A stretch of 64,000 bases of DNA from Bacilli bacterium (GTDB lineage Bacteria; Bacillota_I; Bacilli_A; ML615J-28; CAG-698), in contig JAFSVH010000014.1 of the NCBI GenBank assembly GCA_017450215.1, forward strand, positions 473-64,472. Reading direction: 5' to 3'. This document shows, piece by piece, positions 35,758 to 46,721 of the stretch. Under the pieces are notes generated by a model, which did not search any database, had not been told where the DNA came from, and saw only the letters and a program-made list of their open reading frames with translations. The number at the start of each line of letters is the position of its first letter. Position 1 is the first letter of the stretch. Made by a program: the position numbers and the translations under genes.

Positions 35758-37830
35758 TTACTCATTATTTTGATTATCTTTTTGATTATCATCTTGATTA
35801 TCATTTTGCTTTTGTTCTTGAGCTTGTTCGCTTGATTCTACTTTTGCTTCACTAGAATCAGCCTTTTTCTTAGCTTCTTCCATTGCAGCTAATTGTTTAC
35901 GATAGATTTCTTGAAGTTCAGCTTCTTTTTCACGAGCAATTCTCTTCTCTTCGTCTTTTGCTTTCTTCTTTTCCCACCATTCAAGTTTTCCAGTATTAAC
36001 AAGTTCGTAAATATCTTCTTTTGTTAGAGTTTCAATTTCCATTAAATGAGAAGCAACAAGTCTAACTAATACTTCATTATCTTGTAATACTTTCTTAGAT
36101 TTAGCATAACATTCATCAATAATAGCTCTAACTTCATTATCAATTTCAAGTGCAACTTGGTCAGAGAAATTCTTATCAGACATATAATCTCTACCTAAGA
36201 AAACAGAACCAGACTTCTTTTCATATTGAACAGGTCCTAATCTACTCATACCATATTCAGTTACCATCGCACGAGCAATCTTAGTAGCTTTTTCAAAGTC
36301 ATTATGAGCTCCTGTAGAAATATCACCAATAAACAATTCTTCACTTACTCTACCACCAAGAAGTCCTGTGATTTCATCTAATAATTGTGTCTTAGTATTA
36401 ACAAAAGACTCTTTATCTGGTGTCATCATTGCATATCCACCAGCCATACCACGTGGTACAATTGTAACTTTTTGTACAGTTTCAGCATTATCTAACTTAA
36501 CACCAATAATAGCATGACCAGATTCATGGAATGAAACCAATCTCTTATCTTCTTCACTATATTTTTTACTCTTCTTAGCAGGGCCCATCATAACTCTATC
36601 AATCGCTTCATCGATATCAAAAATCTTGATTTCTCTTCTATTTTCTCTTGCAGCAAGTAAAGCAGCTTCATTAAGTAAGTTTTCAATATCAGCTCCACTA
36701 AATCCAGGAGTACGCTTTGCAACATCCTCTAATGAAATTTTAGGAGATAATTTTTTATTTCTAGCATGAACTTGTAAAATAGCAATTCTTGCATTAACAT
36801 CTGGATTAGACATTGTGATTTGTCTATCAAATCTACCAGGTCTTAAAAGAGCTGGATCTAATACATCAGGTCTATTTGTTGCGGCCATAACGATAATACC
36901 AGAATTATCACCAAATCCATCCATTTCAACAAGCAATTGATTCAATGTTTGTTCTCTTTCATCGTGTCCACCACCAAGACCAGCACCTCTTTGACGTCCT
37001 ACTGCATCAATTTCATCAATAAATACGATACATTGAGCATTTTGCTTTGCTGTCTTAAACATATCTCTAACACGGCTAGCACCAACACCAACGAACATCT
37101 CAACGAAATCTGAACCTGAAATAGAATAGAATGGCACTTTAGCCTCACCTGCAACAGCTCTTGCAAGCAAAGTCTTACCAGTTCCTGGAGGACCCATTAA
37201 AAGAATACCTTTAGGAATTCTTGCTCCCATTTCATAATATTTCTTAGGATTCTTAAGGAAATCAATAATTTCCTTCATTTCTTCTTTTTCTTCATCAGCA
37301 CCAGCAACATTATCAAATGTTGTTGTAGTTTGACGATTTAATTTAGCTCTACTCTTAGCAAAATCAAATGCTTGTTTATTAGAATTATTTGCTCCTCTAA
37401 ACATGAATATTACTAAGAATATTAATCCACCAATTAAAAGCACAGTAGAAATAATACTGAACCAATCAACACTAGTATATTGAACATATTTAATTGTAAC
37501 ATTTAAATTTTTATCCTTAATAATACTAAAAACTTCCAAAGAAAGTTCTTCAGATATCACAACCGAATATTTAAGTGTTTCACCATTATCTTTCATTGTA
37601 CCAGTGATTTTAACTAATGTAGCGTTTCCACCACTTCCAGCTGGCGTAATTTCCATAGTTTCAATCTTACCTTGTTCAAGGTTAGCCATAAATTTATTAT
37701 AATTTAAAGTTTGAGTTCCTGTACCTCTAAAAAAGAAAACAATAATCAACACAGCCACTACAACAAAGACTAAAATAGCAACTATGTCTTTTGTATAATT
37801 CTTTTTCTGATTTTGTTTATTATTCATCAT
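35758..37830 (-). CDS. ftsH: ATP-dependent zinc metalloprotease FtsH
   Basis: 690 aa. Two N-terminal TMs, AAA+ Walker [29 protein letters not shown] zinc site. Acidic/Gln-rich C-terminal tail. Confidence 0.95.
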   Translation of the reverse strand: MMNNKQNQKKNYTKDIVAILVFVVVAVLIIVFFFRGTGTQTLNYNKFMANLEQGKIETMEITPAGSGGNATLVKITGTMKDNGETLKYSVVISEELSLEVFSIIKDKNLNVTIKYVQYTSVDWFSIISTVLLIGGLIFLVIFMFRGANNSNKQAFDFAKSRAKLNRQTTTTFDNVAGADEEKEEMKEIIDFLKNPKKYYEMGARIPKGILLMGPPGTGKTLLARAVAGEAKVPFYSISGSDFVEMFVGVGASRVRDMFKTAKQNAQCIVFIDEIDAVGRQRGAGLGGGHDEREQTLNQLLVEMDGFGDNSGIIVMAATNRPDVLDPALLRPGRFDRQITMSNPDVNARIAILQVHARNKKLSPKISLEDVAKRTPGFSGADIENLLNEAALLAARENRREIKIFDIDEAIDRVMMGPAKKSKKYSEEDKRLVSFHESGHAIIGVKLDNAETVQKVTIVPRGMAGGYAMMTPDKESFVNTKTQLLDEITGLLGGRVSEELFIGDISTGAHNDFEKATKIARAMVTEYGMSRLGPVQYEKKSGSVFLGRDYMSDKNFSDQVALEIDNEVRAIIDECYAKSKKVLQDNEVLVRLVASHLMEIETLTKEDIYELVNTGKLEWWEKKKAKDEEKRIAREKEAELQEIYRKQLAAMEEAKKKADSSEAKVESSEQAQEQKQNDNQDDNQKDNQNNE

Positions 37831-37841
37831 TCCTCCTATTC

Positions 37842-38402
37842 CTACTTACGATAAATCTCTTCCTTTAATATTCCAATATAAGGGAGATTTCTATATAGTT
37901 GATTGTAATCAAGTCCAAATCCAACCACGAACTTATTAGGAATTAAAAATCCACAATATTTAGGTTGAACATTTTTACGTACTCTGCCTTCAGGCTTATC
38001 AATCAAGGTACAAATTTCAATTGAAGCAGCCTTACGTTTTTTAAATAAATTGATAATACAATCAAGAGTAATACCTGTATCAACAATATCTTCAACAAAA
38101 ATGATATGTTTACCAGAAACATCTGACTTAATATCTTTAATGATATTAACCACACCTGTTGAATGTGTATCTGCATAGCTACACACATCCATAAAGTCCA
38201 TTTCCATATCACATTTAATAGATTTAATTAATTCAGCAAAGAAGGGAACAGAACCTCTAAGTAATCCAATCAATAAAGGTCTTTTACCTTTATATTCCTC
38301 AGTTATTTGTGTTCCTATTTCCTTACACTTATTAACAATCTCTTCATGAGTAATTAAAATACTGCTAACACAATCATCCATCTCTATTTTTTCTATACCC
38401 AT
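37842..38402 (-). CDS. hpt: hypoxanthine phosphoribosyltransferase
   Basis: 186 aa. PRPP-binding FVEDIVDTGITL motif. Conserved position between tilS and ftsH. Confidence 0.9.
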   Translation of the reverse strand: MGIEKIEMDDCVSSILITHEEIVNKCKEIGTQITEEYKGKRPLLIGLLRGSVPFFAELIKSIKCDMEMDFMDVCSYADTHSTGVVNIIKDIKSDVSGKHIIFVEDIVDTGITLDCIINLFKKRKAASIEICTLIDKPEGRVRKNVQPKYCGFLIPNKFVVGFGLDYNQLYRNLPYIGILKEEIYRK

Positions 38403-38426
38403 TTCTTTAATCCTTCCCTTAATAAT

Positions 38427-39821
38427 CTATTCAAAATCTTTCAAATAATTTGTTTTGATTATAATATTACAATTTTGATCATCTTTATATTCATTAAGAA
38501 TATAACTTTTTCTCAATCCAAGAACCGCAATAATTCTATCCATTTTATCAACTAAAACTCTAACTTGTTCTCTTTTTGATAATGGAACTTTTAAATCAGT
38601 TAATAAATCATTAACTTTTTTACTTCCACCCTTTATAAGGATACGATCTCCATCTTGCTTTCCTCTTAAAATAAAAGGAAACATTGATTGATTATAACAT
38701 ATTATATCTTTATTTGAAACCTTAAAAGACTTTTTTTCATCAAGACTATCTATTTCAACAAAATGACTACCATCAATTTTATAATATCCAAAGTCATTTA
38801 AAACTATTTCATATGAATTATAATCATCTAGACTATCTAAGTATGTATTAAAAATAAATGTTAATTTATCATACTCTTTAATTATTAAAATATTCTTATA
38901 ATTGATTTTTTTATTACCTGAAATACAAAACAATTTAAGTATTTCTTCAATATTTTTTCTACTAAATTTTTCTTCTTTTAATATTTCAAATAAACAATCA
39001 ATTTTTATTTCATCATCTAATATAGAAAAATGCTTTAAATCTATAATAGTTTTATCTTTTCTTCTTTCACAATATTTATCAATAAATTCATCTCTTTCAA
39101 AAATAACACTATTGCATAGATTTATCATTTGCTTTTTATAACCATCAATAAATTCATCAATGTTATTTTTATTAACAGTAGAATTAACTAAATAATGTCT
39201 TACCTTATTTCTTGTATAATTATCTTCATTATTAGTGTAATCTTCAAAATATGTGTAATTATTAACTTTTGATAAGTTATATAAATCTTCTTTTAATATG
39301 TTAATAAATGGTCTAACAAAATATACATCTTTATTTTTTAAATAACTTATCTCTTTCAATCCACATAATGATTGAATTGAAGCATTTCTCATTTGTTCCA
39401 TTATAATAGTTTCGATATCATCATTTTTGTGATGTGCTAAAAATATATATTTTGTGTTTTCTTTTTTGGCGACATCTAAAAAGAATTCGATTCTTTTTTT
39501 TCTAGCTTCTTCTTGAAAATTACTTCCAGAAAAATCTTCTTCTTGTAATTTTAAAACATAAAGCTTTAAATTCTTTGCATCACAATATCTTCTAATATAT
39601 TCTTCTTCCACATCACTTTGTTTTCTCTTTCCATGATTGACATGGCAAACAACGATATCAAAATTAATCTCATTATCCCTTAAATATTCTAATTCATGAA
39701 GTAAGCAAATAGAATCAACACCACAAGACACAGCAACTAAAAATGTAGGTGTATTGTTATTAGTAATTATTTTCTTCACTACTTCTTTTACATCATTTCT
39801 AATTTTTGTAATGCAATCCAT
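38427..39821 (-). CDS. tilS: tRNA(Ile)-lysidine synthetase
   Basis: 464 aa. PP-loop LVAVSCGVDS. Synteny tilS-hpt-ftsH. Confidence 0.85.
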   Translation of the reverse strand: MDCITKIRNDVKEVVKKIITNNNTPTFLVAVSCGVDSICLLHELEYLRDNEINFDIVVCHVNHGKRKQSDVEEEYIRRYCDAKNLKLYVLKLQEEDFSGSNFQEEARKKRIEFFLDVAKKENTKYIFLAHHKNDDIETIIMEQMRNASIQSLCGLKEISYLKNKDVYFVRPFINILKEDLYNLSKVNNYTYFEDYTNNEDNYTRNKVRHYLVNSTVNKNNIDEFIDGYKKQMINLCNSVIFERDEFIDKYCERRKDKTIIDLKHFSILDDEIKIDCLFEILKEEKFSRKNIEEILKLFCISGNKKINYKNILIIKEYDKLTFIFNTYLDSLDDYNSYEIVLNDFGYYKIDGSHFVEIDSLDEKKSFKVSNKDIICYNQSMFPFILRGKQDGDRILIKGGSKKVNDLLTDLKVPLSKREQVRVLVDKMDRIIAVLGLRKSYILNEYKDDQNCNIIIKTNYLKDFE

Positions 39822-40028
39822 TCTTTTACTCCAAAATTAAATTAATTTGTTTTTATTTGTTTTTATTACCTAAATTTTGAGAAATAACGCCCAAAATTTA
39901 AGTTATAATCGATTAATGAATATTATTTTACAAATAGACAATACATTCATTAACCATATTTAAACAGATGTATTTTTTTATATAATTTAATTATAATTTA
40001 TTATACATCAATATTATTACTTTTCCAA

Positions 40029-40442
40029 TCACCTTAATTTAAATGATAAATAAATATTAATAATTATACTATAAGTAAATCCACAAGTAAGCAAAATCAC
40101 AATACTTGTTAATAAAATATAAATATTTGTATTAAAAGAATTAACAAGTGAATGCATTAGCAGGAAAAGTAAAAACAATATTATTGATATCAAAAAGTCT
40201 CTTCTTAAAAATTTATTAATTCTTTTCCTTATTTCACTTTGAGCAAGCCCAAAAGAAAGATCTGTTTTAACTCTTTTATATTCATTTATCTCCTTAAGTA
40301 AATTAAGTGGCAAAAGGCATCCAACAATATATAACAATATATTTTTAATATGATCACTTGAATCCTTCAAAAATATGATTATTATGAAACCTAAAACAAG
40401 CTGAAATAATAAAAAGATTAAATAATTAGTTTTTCTTTTCAT
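40029..40442 (-). CDS. hypothetical small polytopic membrane protein
   Basis: 137 aa, about four TM helices. ATGA overlap with the upstream ORF. Confidence 0.4.
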   Translation of the reverse strand: MKRKTNYLIFLLFQLVLGFIIIIFLKDSSDHIKNILLYIVGCLLPLNLLKEINEYKRVKTDLSFGLAQSEIRKRINKFLRRDFLISIILFLLFLLMHSLVNSFNTNIYILLTSIVILLTCGFTYSIIINIYLSFKLR

Positions 40443-41128
40443 TGCTTCACCTCTTTAATTTTCAAAAAGTGCACATAATCCATTATTCTTTTATGATTTA
40501 AATATTGTTTCAATTTATCCTGATTTAAATCAGCATTACAGTTAATAATTAATGTGATTCCAAAGCTATTATTATTTATATATTCTAAAATATCGATATC
40601 AATTAATAAATCTAATATTTTCTTATCTAGATTAATATACATAATTATATTTGAATAACAGGATAAACCAAGTGCAAAAGCAAATAATACTTTACCTAAT
40701 TTAGTTAACTTATCTTTTTTAAATTCTTTATATATTTTAAAATCTTTAATTAATGTTTTTAATTTATCTTGATCAACAGCTTTTTTATATCTAACAAGAA
40801 ATTCTTCACATATTATCTTTTCATATAAAGTATTAAAATGTTGGTATTCTGAATTTAGATATATTCTATCCATATAATATTTTGTATTATCATATACATC
40901 ATTACAATTATAAAGAATATTTGTCTTTTTATGAAGTCCTGCCAAGTCTTCACTAAATAGATGTGAAAATGTTCTTGTTTTCTCTTCAACATTATCAAAT
41001 ACTAATATATTATTTTTATATAAATCTAATTTATTAATTTTTCTAATTTCATCATTTAGTATTTTTGCTTCTTCAAAATTAAAAGAGGCAAAGATATGAC
41101 TATGATTGTAATTAAACAATTCTATCAT
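40439..41128 (-). CDS. hypothetical protein, possibly a degenerate Walker-A-less ABC ATPase-like domain
   Basis: 229 aa. LTKLGKVLFAFALGLS...IIMYINLDK...ITLIINCNAD resembles the signature / Walker B / H-loop order of ABC NBDs. No GxxGxGK[ST] is present. By-eye similarity only. Confidence 0.35.
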   Translation of the reverse strand: MIELFNYNHSHIFASFNFEEAKILNDEIRKINKLDLYKNNILVFDNVEEKTRTFSHLFSEDLAGLHKKTNILYNCNDVYDNTKYYMDRIYLNSEYQHFNTLYEKIICEEFLVRYKKAVDQDKLKTLIKDFKIYKEFKKDKLTKLGKVLFAFALGLSCYSNIIMYINLDKKILDLLIDIDILEYINNNSFGITLIINCNADLNQDKLKQYLNHKRIMDYVHFLKIKEVKQ

Positions 41129-41189
41129 TTGTGCCTCCTTTAATAATTCTAAATAATTATTATTTAATAATTATTTTTTAAATATTTTT

Positions 41190-41480
41190 TTAAATGTAAT
41201 AATCAATTGCAATGGTATTTATTGTTACTTCACCTAAATACTTTTTCACAACATTACAATGATATTCATCTTTTTGATATCTATCTAGAGCATCTAAATC
41301 ATCAACTAATACTTCTAAAACGACATCAAAGCTTCTTGGTGAATGTATTAAATCGATTCCAACTTCAAGTTGTTTAATTTCTTTTACTTTTCCATTCATT
41401 GATAATATAACTTCCCTTGCTTTTTCCATATTCTCAAGAGAATATTCTTTTAATTTAAAACAAACTACATGTTTAATCAT
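41190..41480 (-). CDS. Dabb (stress-responsive alpha/beta barrel) domain protein
   Basis: 96 aa. [12 protein letters not shown] start and overall pattern typical of Dabb. Start overlaps the sufB stop (TAATG). Confidence 0.65.
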   Translation of the reverse strand: MIKHVVCFKLKEYSLENMEKAREVILSMNGKVKEIKQLEVGIDLIHSPRSFDVVLEVLVDDLDALDRYQKDEYHCNVVKKYLGEVTINTIAIDYYI

Positions 41481-42943
41481 TATCCAATTGCTCCTTCCAT
41501 ATTAAGTTGAATTAATCTATTTAGTTCTACAGCATATTCCATCGGTAATTCCTTTGCGAATGGTTCAATAAATCCCATAACAATCATTTGAAGAGCATCT
41601 TCTTTTTTGATGCCTCTACTCATTAAATAGAATAATTGATCTTCACTTACCTTAGAAACTGTTGCTTCATGTTCAATTCTTGATGTTTTATTATTTACCT
41701 CATTATGAGGGATTGTATCACTCTTTGATAAATTATCTAAAATTATTGTATCACATTCAATATGACTATTTGAATGACTGGCTTCTTTTCCAATCTTTAC
41801 TTTGCCACGATAATTTACAACGCCACCCTCTCTACATATTGATTTTGAGATGATTTTGCTTGATGTATTAGGGGCAAGATGAATCATTTTGGCACCAGTA
41901 TCTTGATATTGATTAGTTGATGCAAAAGCAATTGAGATTGTTACTCCCTTTGCTCCATTTCCTGCTAAAACACAAGCAGGATATTTCATATTAAGTGCAC
42001 TACCAACATTACCATCAATCCATTCCATCAAAGCATTATCATAACATATTGCTCTTTTAGTTACTAAATTGACAATATTATTACTCCAGTTTTGAACTGT
42101 TGAATAACGGCAAGATGCATTTTTATGAATAAATATTTCAACAACAGCAGCATGAAGTGAATCTTTAGAGTAAATTGGCGCAGTACATCCTTCAACATAA
42201 TGTACACTAGCACCTTCGTCAACAATAATCAATGTTCTTTCAAATTGACCCATAAGTTCAGAATTAATTCTGAAATAAGATTGTAGTGGTTTTTCTACTT
42301 TTACACCCTTTGGTACATAAATAAATGATCCACCACTCCATACAGCAGTATTTAATGCAGCAAATTTATTATCTGAATATGGGACAATTTTACCAAAATA
42401 TTTCTTTACTAAATCTGGATATTTTTTAACAGCTGTATCAGTATCGCAGAAAATAACACCTAAATCTTCTAATTCTTTTAGATTATTATGATATACAACT
42501 TCTGATTCAAATTGAGTTGAAACACCAGCTAAATACTTCTTTTCTGCTTCTGGAATACCTATTTTATCAAAAGTATCTTTGATTTCTTTTGGCACATCAT
42601 CCCAGCTTTTTTCAACAGCCTTACTAGATTTAATGTAATAAGTATATTCATCATAATTGATATCACTTAAATCAGGACCCCACTTTGGGTCTTTCGCTTT
42701 TTTAAAATGACTATATGCTTTAAGCCTTAAATCAAGCATCCAGTCAGGTTCATTTTTATAATTTGATATCTTTTTTACAACATCTTCATTTAGTCCTTTA
42801 CCTGTGTCATATACATTTTCAACATCAGTTACAAAACCATATTTATAATCGATATCATTAATTATCTCTTTTAAGTCGCTGTTATCTTCAAGTACTTTAT
42901 TTATATTTTTATCTATTACTTGTTCTTTATTTTTTTCGTTCAT
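41480..42943 (-). CDS. sufB: Fe-S cluster assembly protein SufB
   Basis: 487 aa. Conserved SufB core and C-terminal [11 protein letters not shown]...A block. Last large gene of the sufCDSUB order. Confidence 0.95.
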   Translation of the reverse strand: MNEKNKEQVIDKNINKVLEDNSDLKEIINDIDYKYGFVTDVENVYDTGKGLNEDVVKKISNYKNEPDWMLDLRLKAYSHFKKAKDPKWGPDLSDINYDEYTYYIKSSKAVEKSWDDVPKEIKDTFDKIGIPEAEKKYLAGVSTQFESEVVYHNNLKELEDLGVIFCDTDTAVKKYPDLVKKYFGKIVPYSDNKFAALNTAVWSGGSFIYVPKGVKVEKPLQSYFRINSELMGQFERTLIIVDEGASVHYVEGCTAPIYSKDSLHAAVVEIFIHKNASCRYSTVQNWSNNIVNLVTKRAICYDNALMEWIDGNVGSALNMKYPACVLAGNGAKGVTISIAFASTNQYQDTGAKMIHLAPNTSSKIISKSICREGGVVNYRGKVKIGKEASHSNSHIECDTIILDNLSKSDTIPHNEVNNKTSRIEHEATVSKVSEDQLFYLMSRGIKKEDALQMIVMGFIEPFAKELPMEYAVELNRLIQLNMEGAIG

Positions 42944-42982
42944 AGCATCATTCCTATAAAACTTTGTAAAAATTTAATTTTT

Positions 42983-43426
42983 TTATTTATGATTTAAAAC
43001 AACTTCTTCAAGTGCCTTCCAAGGAAGAGCAGCGCATTTAATTCTAGCAGGATATTTACTAACTCCTTGATATACAAAAGCCTCTTCTAAAGCATCTTCA
43101 TATTTAGTTAAGTCAGCATCACTCAAACTACCCATTAGCATTTCAAAGAAAACACGGATTAATTCACTTGCTTCCTCAATTGTTTTACCTTCTAACACTT
43201 CACACATTACAGATGCTGAAGAGCAACAAATCAAACATCCTTGACCAGAATGGCAAACATTCTTTAAAACACCATTTTCAATATTAGCTTCAATTGTAAT
43301 ATCATCGCCACATGAAGGATTAAATTTATGTGATGATTCCTTATATCCCATTAATCCTTTATTCCGCGGATTAGTATAATGATCCTTCATAACTTCACGA
43401 TATAATCTTTCGATATCACTATTCAT
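42983..43426 (-). CDS. sufU: Fe-S cluster assembly sulfur-transfer protein SufU
   Basis: 147 aa. NPSCGD, GQGCLICCSSAS and ARIKCA cysteine motifs. Confidence 0.9.
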   Translation of the reverse strand: MNSDIERLYREVMKDHYTNPRNKGLMGYKESSHKFNPSCGDDITIEANIENGVLKNVCHSGQGCLICCSSASVMCEVLEGKTIEEASELIRVFFEMLMGSLSDADLTKYEDALEEAFVYQGVSKYPARIKCAALPWKALEEVVLNHK

Positions 43427-43452
43427 AGTGTACTCCTTTAAAAAGATATTCT

Positions 43453-44670
43453 TTAAAAGAAATCCTTGAAAAAATCTACAATATATTTTGTCTTTTTCAC
43501 AAATCTATCGATATCATCTTTTGTATTATAGATACTTAAAGATGCTCTTAATGTTCCATTAACTTTTAAATGTTTGCTTAAAAGTTCAGCACAATGATGG
43601 CCTGCTCTTAAACATATTTCATCTTCATCATACATAGTTATTGCATCATGAGGATGACAATAATTGATATTAAAGCAAAGAATTGGTGAATCAGTACCTA
43701 GATTATAAATAGTTAATCCATCTACTTTTTTGATTTCATTAAATAAATAATCTCTCAATTCATTTTCCTTTTTTTGAATATTAATAAAACCAATTCTTTC
43801 GATAAAATCGATAGCTTCACCAAGTCCTATTACTTCAGCAATAGCTGGAGTTCCAACTTCATATCTATGTGGTGTATCCTTAAGCAAGATTTCTTCTTTA
43901 CTTGCTGTATCCATCATATCACCGCCATAATATACTGGATCTAATTGCTTTAGATATTTTTCTTTTCCATACATTACACCAACACCAGTTGGCCCAAACA
44001 TCTTATGTCCTGAAAAAGCAAAGAAATCCATATCAATTTCTTTAACATCAATTTTGAAATGTTGAACGGCTTGAGCTCCATCTACTATAGTAATAATTCC
44101 TCTTTTTTTACATTCTTCTATAATTGGTTTAATATCTGTAACATAACCTAATACATTTGATACTAATGTTATTGCTAAAACCTTAGTGTTCTCTTTTAAA
44201 GCTTTTTTAAAATTATCAAAGGTAATTCGATTATTTTCATCTAATTCAATATAATCAACTTTAAAATTTTTCTTCTTTGAAGCGTGAATCCATGGTAAAA
44301 CTGATGAATGATGTTCAAGCTCAGTTGTAAGCACAATATCATCTTCTTTTAAATCATCAACTAACATTAAACATATTTCATTTAATGCTTCACTTACATT
44401 TTTAGTAAATACTACTTCATTTTCTTTCGCATTAATAAATTTAGCAACTTTGCTTCTTGCAATATCAAATTCATTTGACGCTTTAAAACTAAGTTCATAG
44501 ACACCACGATGAATATTAACACCATACATATTATAATATTCATTCATCTTATCTAGAACACATCTTGGCTTTAAAGATGTAGCACCACTATCCATATAAC
44601 AAAGTGTTGGATGATTTTTAAATATATCAAATTCCCCTTTTATATTTTGAATATCAATCTTGTTTTCCAT
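43453..44670 (-). CDS. sufS: cysteine desulfurase SufS (class II aminotransferase V)
   Basis: FSGHKMFGPTG PLP-lysine block and RAGHHCA catalytic-Cys block. Start set at the ATG at 44670 (the track ORF begins at GTG 3 codons upstream). Confidence 0.9.
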   Translation of the reverse strand: MENKIDIQNIKGEFDIFKNHPTLCYMDSGATSLKPRCVLDKMNEYYNMYGVNIHRGVYELSFKASNEFDIARSKVAKFINAKENEVVFTKNVSEALNEICLMLVDDLKEDDIVLTTELEHHSSVLPWIHASKKKNFKVDYIELDENNRITFDNFKKALKENTKVLAITLVSNVLGYVTDIKPIIEECKKRGIITIVDGAQAVQHFKIDVKEIDMDFFAFSGHKMFGPTGVGVMYGKEKYLKQLDPVYYGGDMMDTASKEEILLKDTPHRYEVGTPAIAEVIGLGEAIDFIERIGFINIQKKENELRDYLFNEIKKVDGLTIYNLGTDSPILCFNINYCHPHDAITMYDEDEICLRAGHHCAELLSKHLKVNGTLRASLSIYNTKDDIDRFVKKTKYIVDFFKDFF

Positions 44671-44694
44671 TATTTTCACCCTTTATAAAATTAA

Positions 44695-45711
44695 TCATAT
44701 TTTTTTAAAAATAATTTCACTTATATAATTTGTTAATTCTTCATCCTCTTTCACAAAGCTAATAACAGGCTCTATATAGCCATAGACGATCAATTTAACT
44801 GCATCATTCTTTTCGATTCCTCTACTCATCAAATAGAATAAATCAGCTTCATCAATTGCACCGACACCAGCACCATGACCTGCTTTACAATCATATTCAT
44901 CAATATGTAAAACAGGATTAGCAATAATATTAGATTTTTCATCCAATAATATTCCTTTTATCTTTTGATTTAAATCAGTCTCAATAGCATCTTTTTTAAT
45001 TATTCCATCAGTATTAATAACGATGAATGAATCACTATTACAAATTGCATTATTTCTCATTTGAGAAATAGAGCTTTTAGCTAAGTGATGAACTTTGTAC
45101 GTGAATTCTTGGTCCTTTTTAGTATTATTAATCAAAGTATTATATTGATTTAATTTACTAAATTTATCAAACAAATAAACATTACAATTAAATCTATATT
45201 CATCTTCATTAGCCATTAGATTATATAAATTAACATTTGCCCTTGAATCAATATAAACATTCATTTTGTGTTCAATTGATTTCTCACATCTTGAAAAACT
45301 AAAATAATCTAGTTTAGCGCGATCATTAACTAATATTTCATTTAATATATGAGATTTAATATCTACTCTTGTATAAATATCAATTATCTTTACTTCGATT
45401 TTAGGATCAATTTCAAATGAAAAAGTGACTGTTGCTTCATCATCATTTAAATGAATTAATTTAAGTTGTAGTGGCTTATGAATTTTCACATTAACATTAA
45501 ACTTTGCATTTTTAATCAATTTTTTTTCAGCATCACATCTTTCGACTTCGCAGATATCTCTTGGATCTAAGCTTTCATCTAAAGACACTTCAACATCTTC
45601 CTCATTTAATATGTTTTCCCTGATTGGTTTACCATCATTAAAGATAATATAATTTTCACTTTCTTTGTAGATTTTAGAAAACTCATCAATGTGCTCTCTA
45701 AAGTATTTCAT
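44695..45711 (-). CDS. sufD: Fe-S cluster assembly protein SufD (short form)
   Basis: 338 aa. C-terminal [13 protein letters not shown] block shared with SufB. Position between sufC and sufS. Confidence 0.8.
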   Translation of the reverse strand: MKYFREHIDEFSKIYKESENYIIFNDGKPIRENILNEEDVEVSLDESLDPRDICEVERCDAEKKLIKNAKFNVNVKIHKPLQLKLIHLNDDEATVTFSFEIDPKIEVKIIDIYTRVDIKSHILNEILVNDRAKLDYFSFSRCEKSIEHKMNVYIDSRANVNLYNLMANEDEYRFNCNVYLFDKFSKLNQYNTLINNTKKDQEFTYKVHHLAKSSISQMRNNAICNSDSFIVINTDGIIKKDAIETDLNQKIKGILLDEKSNIIANPVLHIDEYDCKAGHGAGVGAIDEADLFYLMSRGIEKNDAVKLIVYGYIEPVISFVKEDEELTNYISEIIFKKI

Positions 45712-45725
45712 TATAATCTTTCCTT

Positions 45726-46601
45726 TTACTTCTTTTCACTATTATTTGTATTTAAGGCGCAAGAACCAAGGCTAACTGAACGAGTTAAATATTCTTGATT
45801 AATTTTTGGATCAATTCCAAGCTCTGCTTTAATCCAGTCATATCCTTCTTGATCAATCTTTTGAATTAATTCTTTTCCACCGCTTAAAACAATTCTACCA
45901 TCAACCATAATATGAACATGATCAACATTAATATAATCAAGTAATCTTTGATAATGTGTAATGATTAATGAACAGAAGTTTTCGCCTTTCATTGCATCAA
46001 CATTTTCACCGACTATTTTTAATGCATCAACATCTAAACCTGAATCAATTTCATCAAGAATAGCAAAATTAGGCTTCAACATCTTCATTTGAAGAATTTC
46101 ATTTCTCTTTTTCTCGCCACCACTAAATCCTTCATTAATGTAACGATGTGGAAGATCAGAATTCATCTTAAGTTCACTAACGCTTTTTTCCATTTCTTTG
46201 ATGAACTTAAAAAGTGAAATATGTTTATCTTTTCCAAGACGTACTTGCATAGCACTTTTAATGAAATCAGAATTAGTTATACCTTGAATTTCATTAGGAT
46301 ATTGCATTGCAAGGAAAATACCTTTTCTACTTCTTTCATCAACACTCATAGTAAGAACATCTTCACCATCTAATGTGATTTCTCCTTGCGTAACAATATA
46401 ACGAGGATCTCCCATAATAACAGATGCAAGTGTAGACTTTCCTGTTCCATTTGGTCCCATTATTGCATGCATTTCTCCTGTATTTAATTCTAAATTAACA
46501 CCCTTTAATATTTCAATGCTTGTAGTCTTATTATTTTCAACATTTTCTTTTGTTTCTACGTTTACGTGTAAATCCTTGATAACTAATTTCATATCATTCA
46601 C
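45726..46601 (-). CDS. sufC: Fe-S cluster assembly ATPase SufC
   Basis: 291 aa. GPNGTGKSTL Walker A, FSGGEKKRNEILQ signature, AILDEIDSGLD Walker B. Confidence 0.9.
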   Translation of the reverse strand: MNDMKLVIKDLHVNVETKENVENNKTTSIEILKGVNLELNTGEMHAIMGPNGTGKSTLASVIMGDPRYIVTQGEITLDGEDVLTMSVDERSRKGIFLAMQYPNEIQGITNSDFIKSAMQVRLGKDKHISLFKFIKEMEKSVSELKMNSDLPHRYINEGFSGGEKKRNEILQMKMLKPNFAILDEIDSGLDVDALKIVGENVDAMKGENFCSLIITHYQRLLDYINVDHVHIMVDGRIVLSGGKELIQKIDQEGYDWIKAELGIDPKINQEYLTRSVSLGSCALNTNNSEKK

Positions 46602-46684
46602 CTCTACATTTTCATTTTAGCATTATTTATTTTTTTTTGCATTTAATATGCATATTTTTATTATGAATACATTATTCACAATTT

Positions 46685-46714
46685 AAAAAAATTCCAGTCT
46701 TTTTTAGACTGGAA
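46685..46714 (-). terminator. rho-independent terminator downstream of the LRR lipoprotein gene
   Basis: Minus strand TTCCAGTCT-AAAAA-AGACTGGAA followed by a T-run. Confidence 0.65.
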
Positions 46715-46721
46715 TATCTAT

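Noticed and set aside
39913-39953. Inverted repeat TTAATGAAT...ATTCATTAA between tilS and the upstream membrane-protein gene.
   Set aside because: A 9-bp AT-rich stem with a 23-nt loop and no T-tract. It is too weak to call as a terminator or regulatory RNA.
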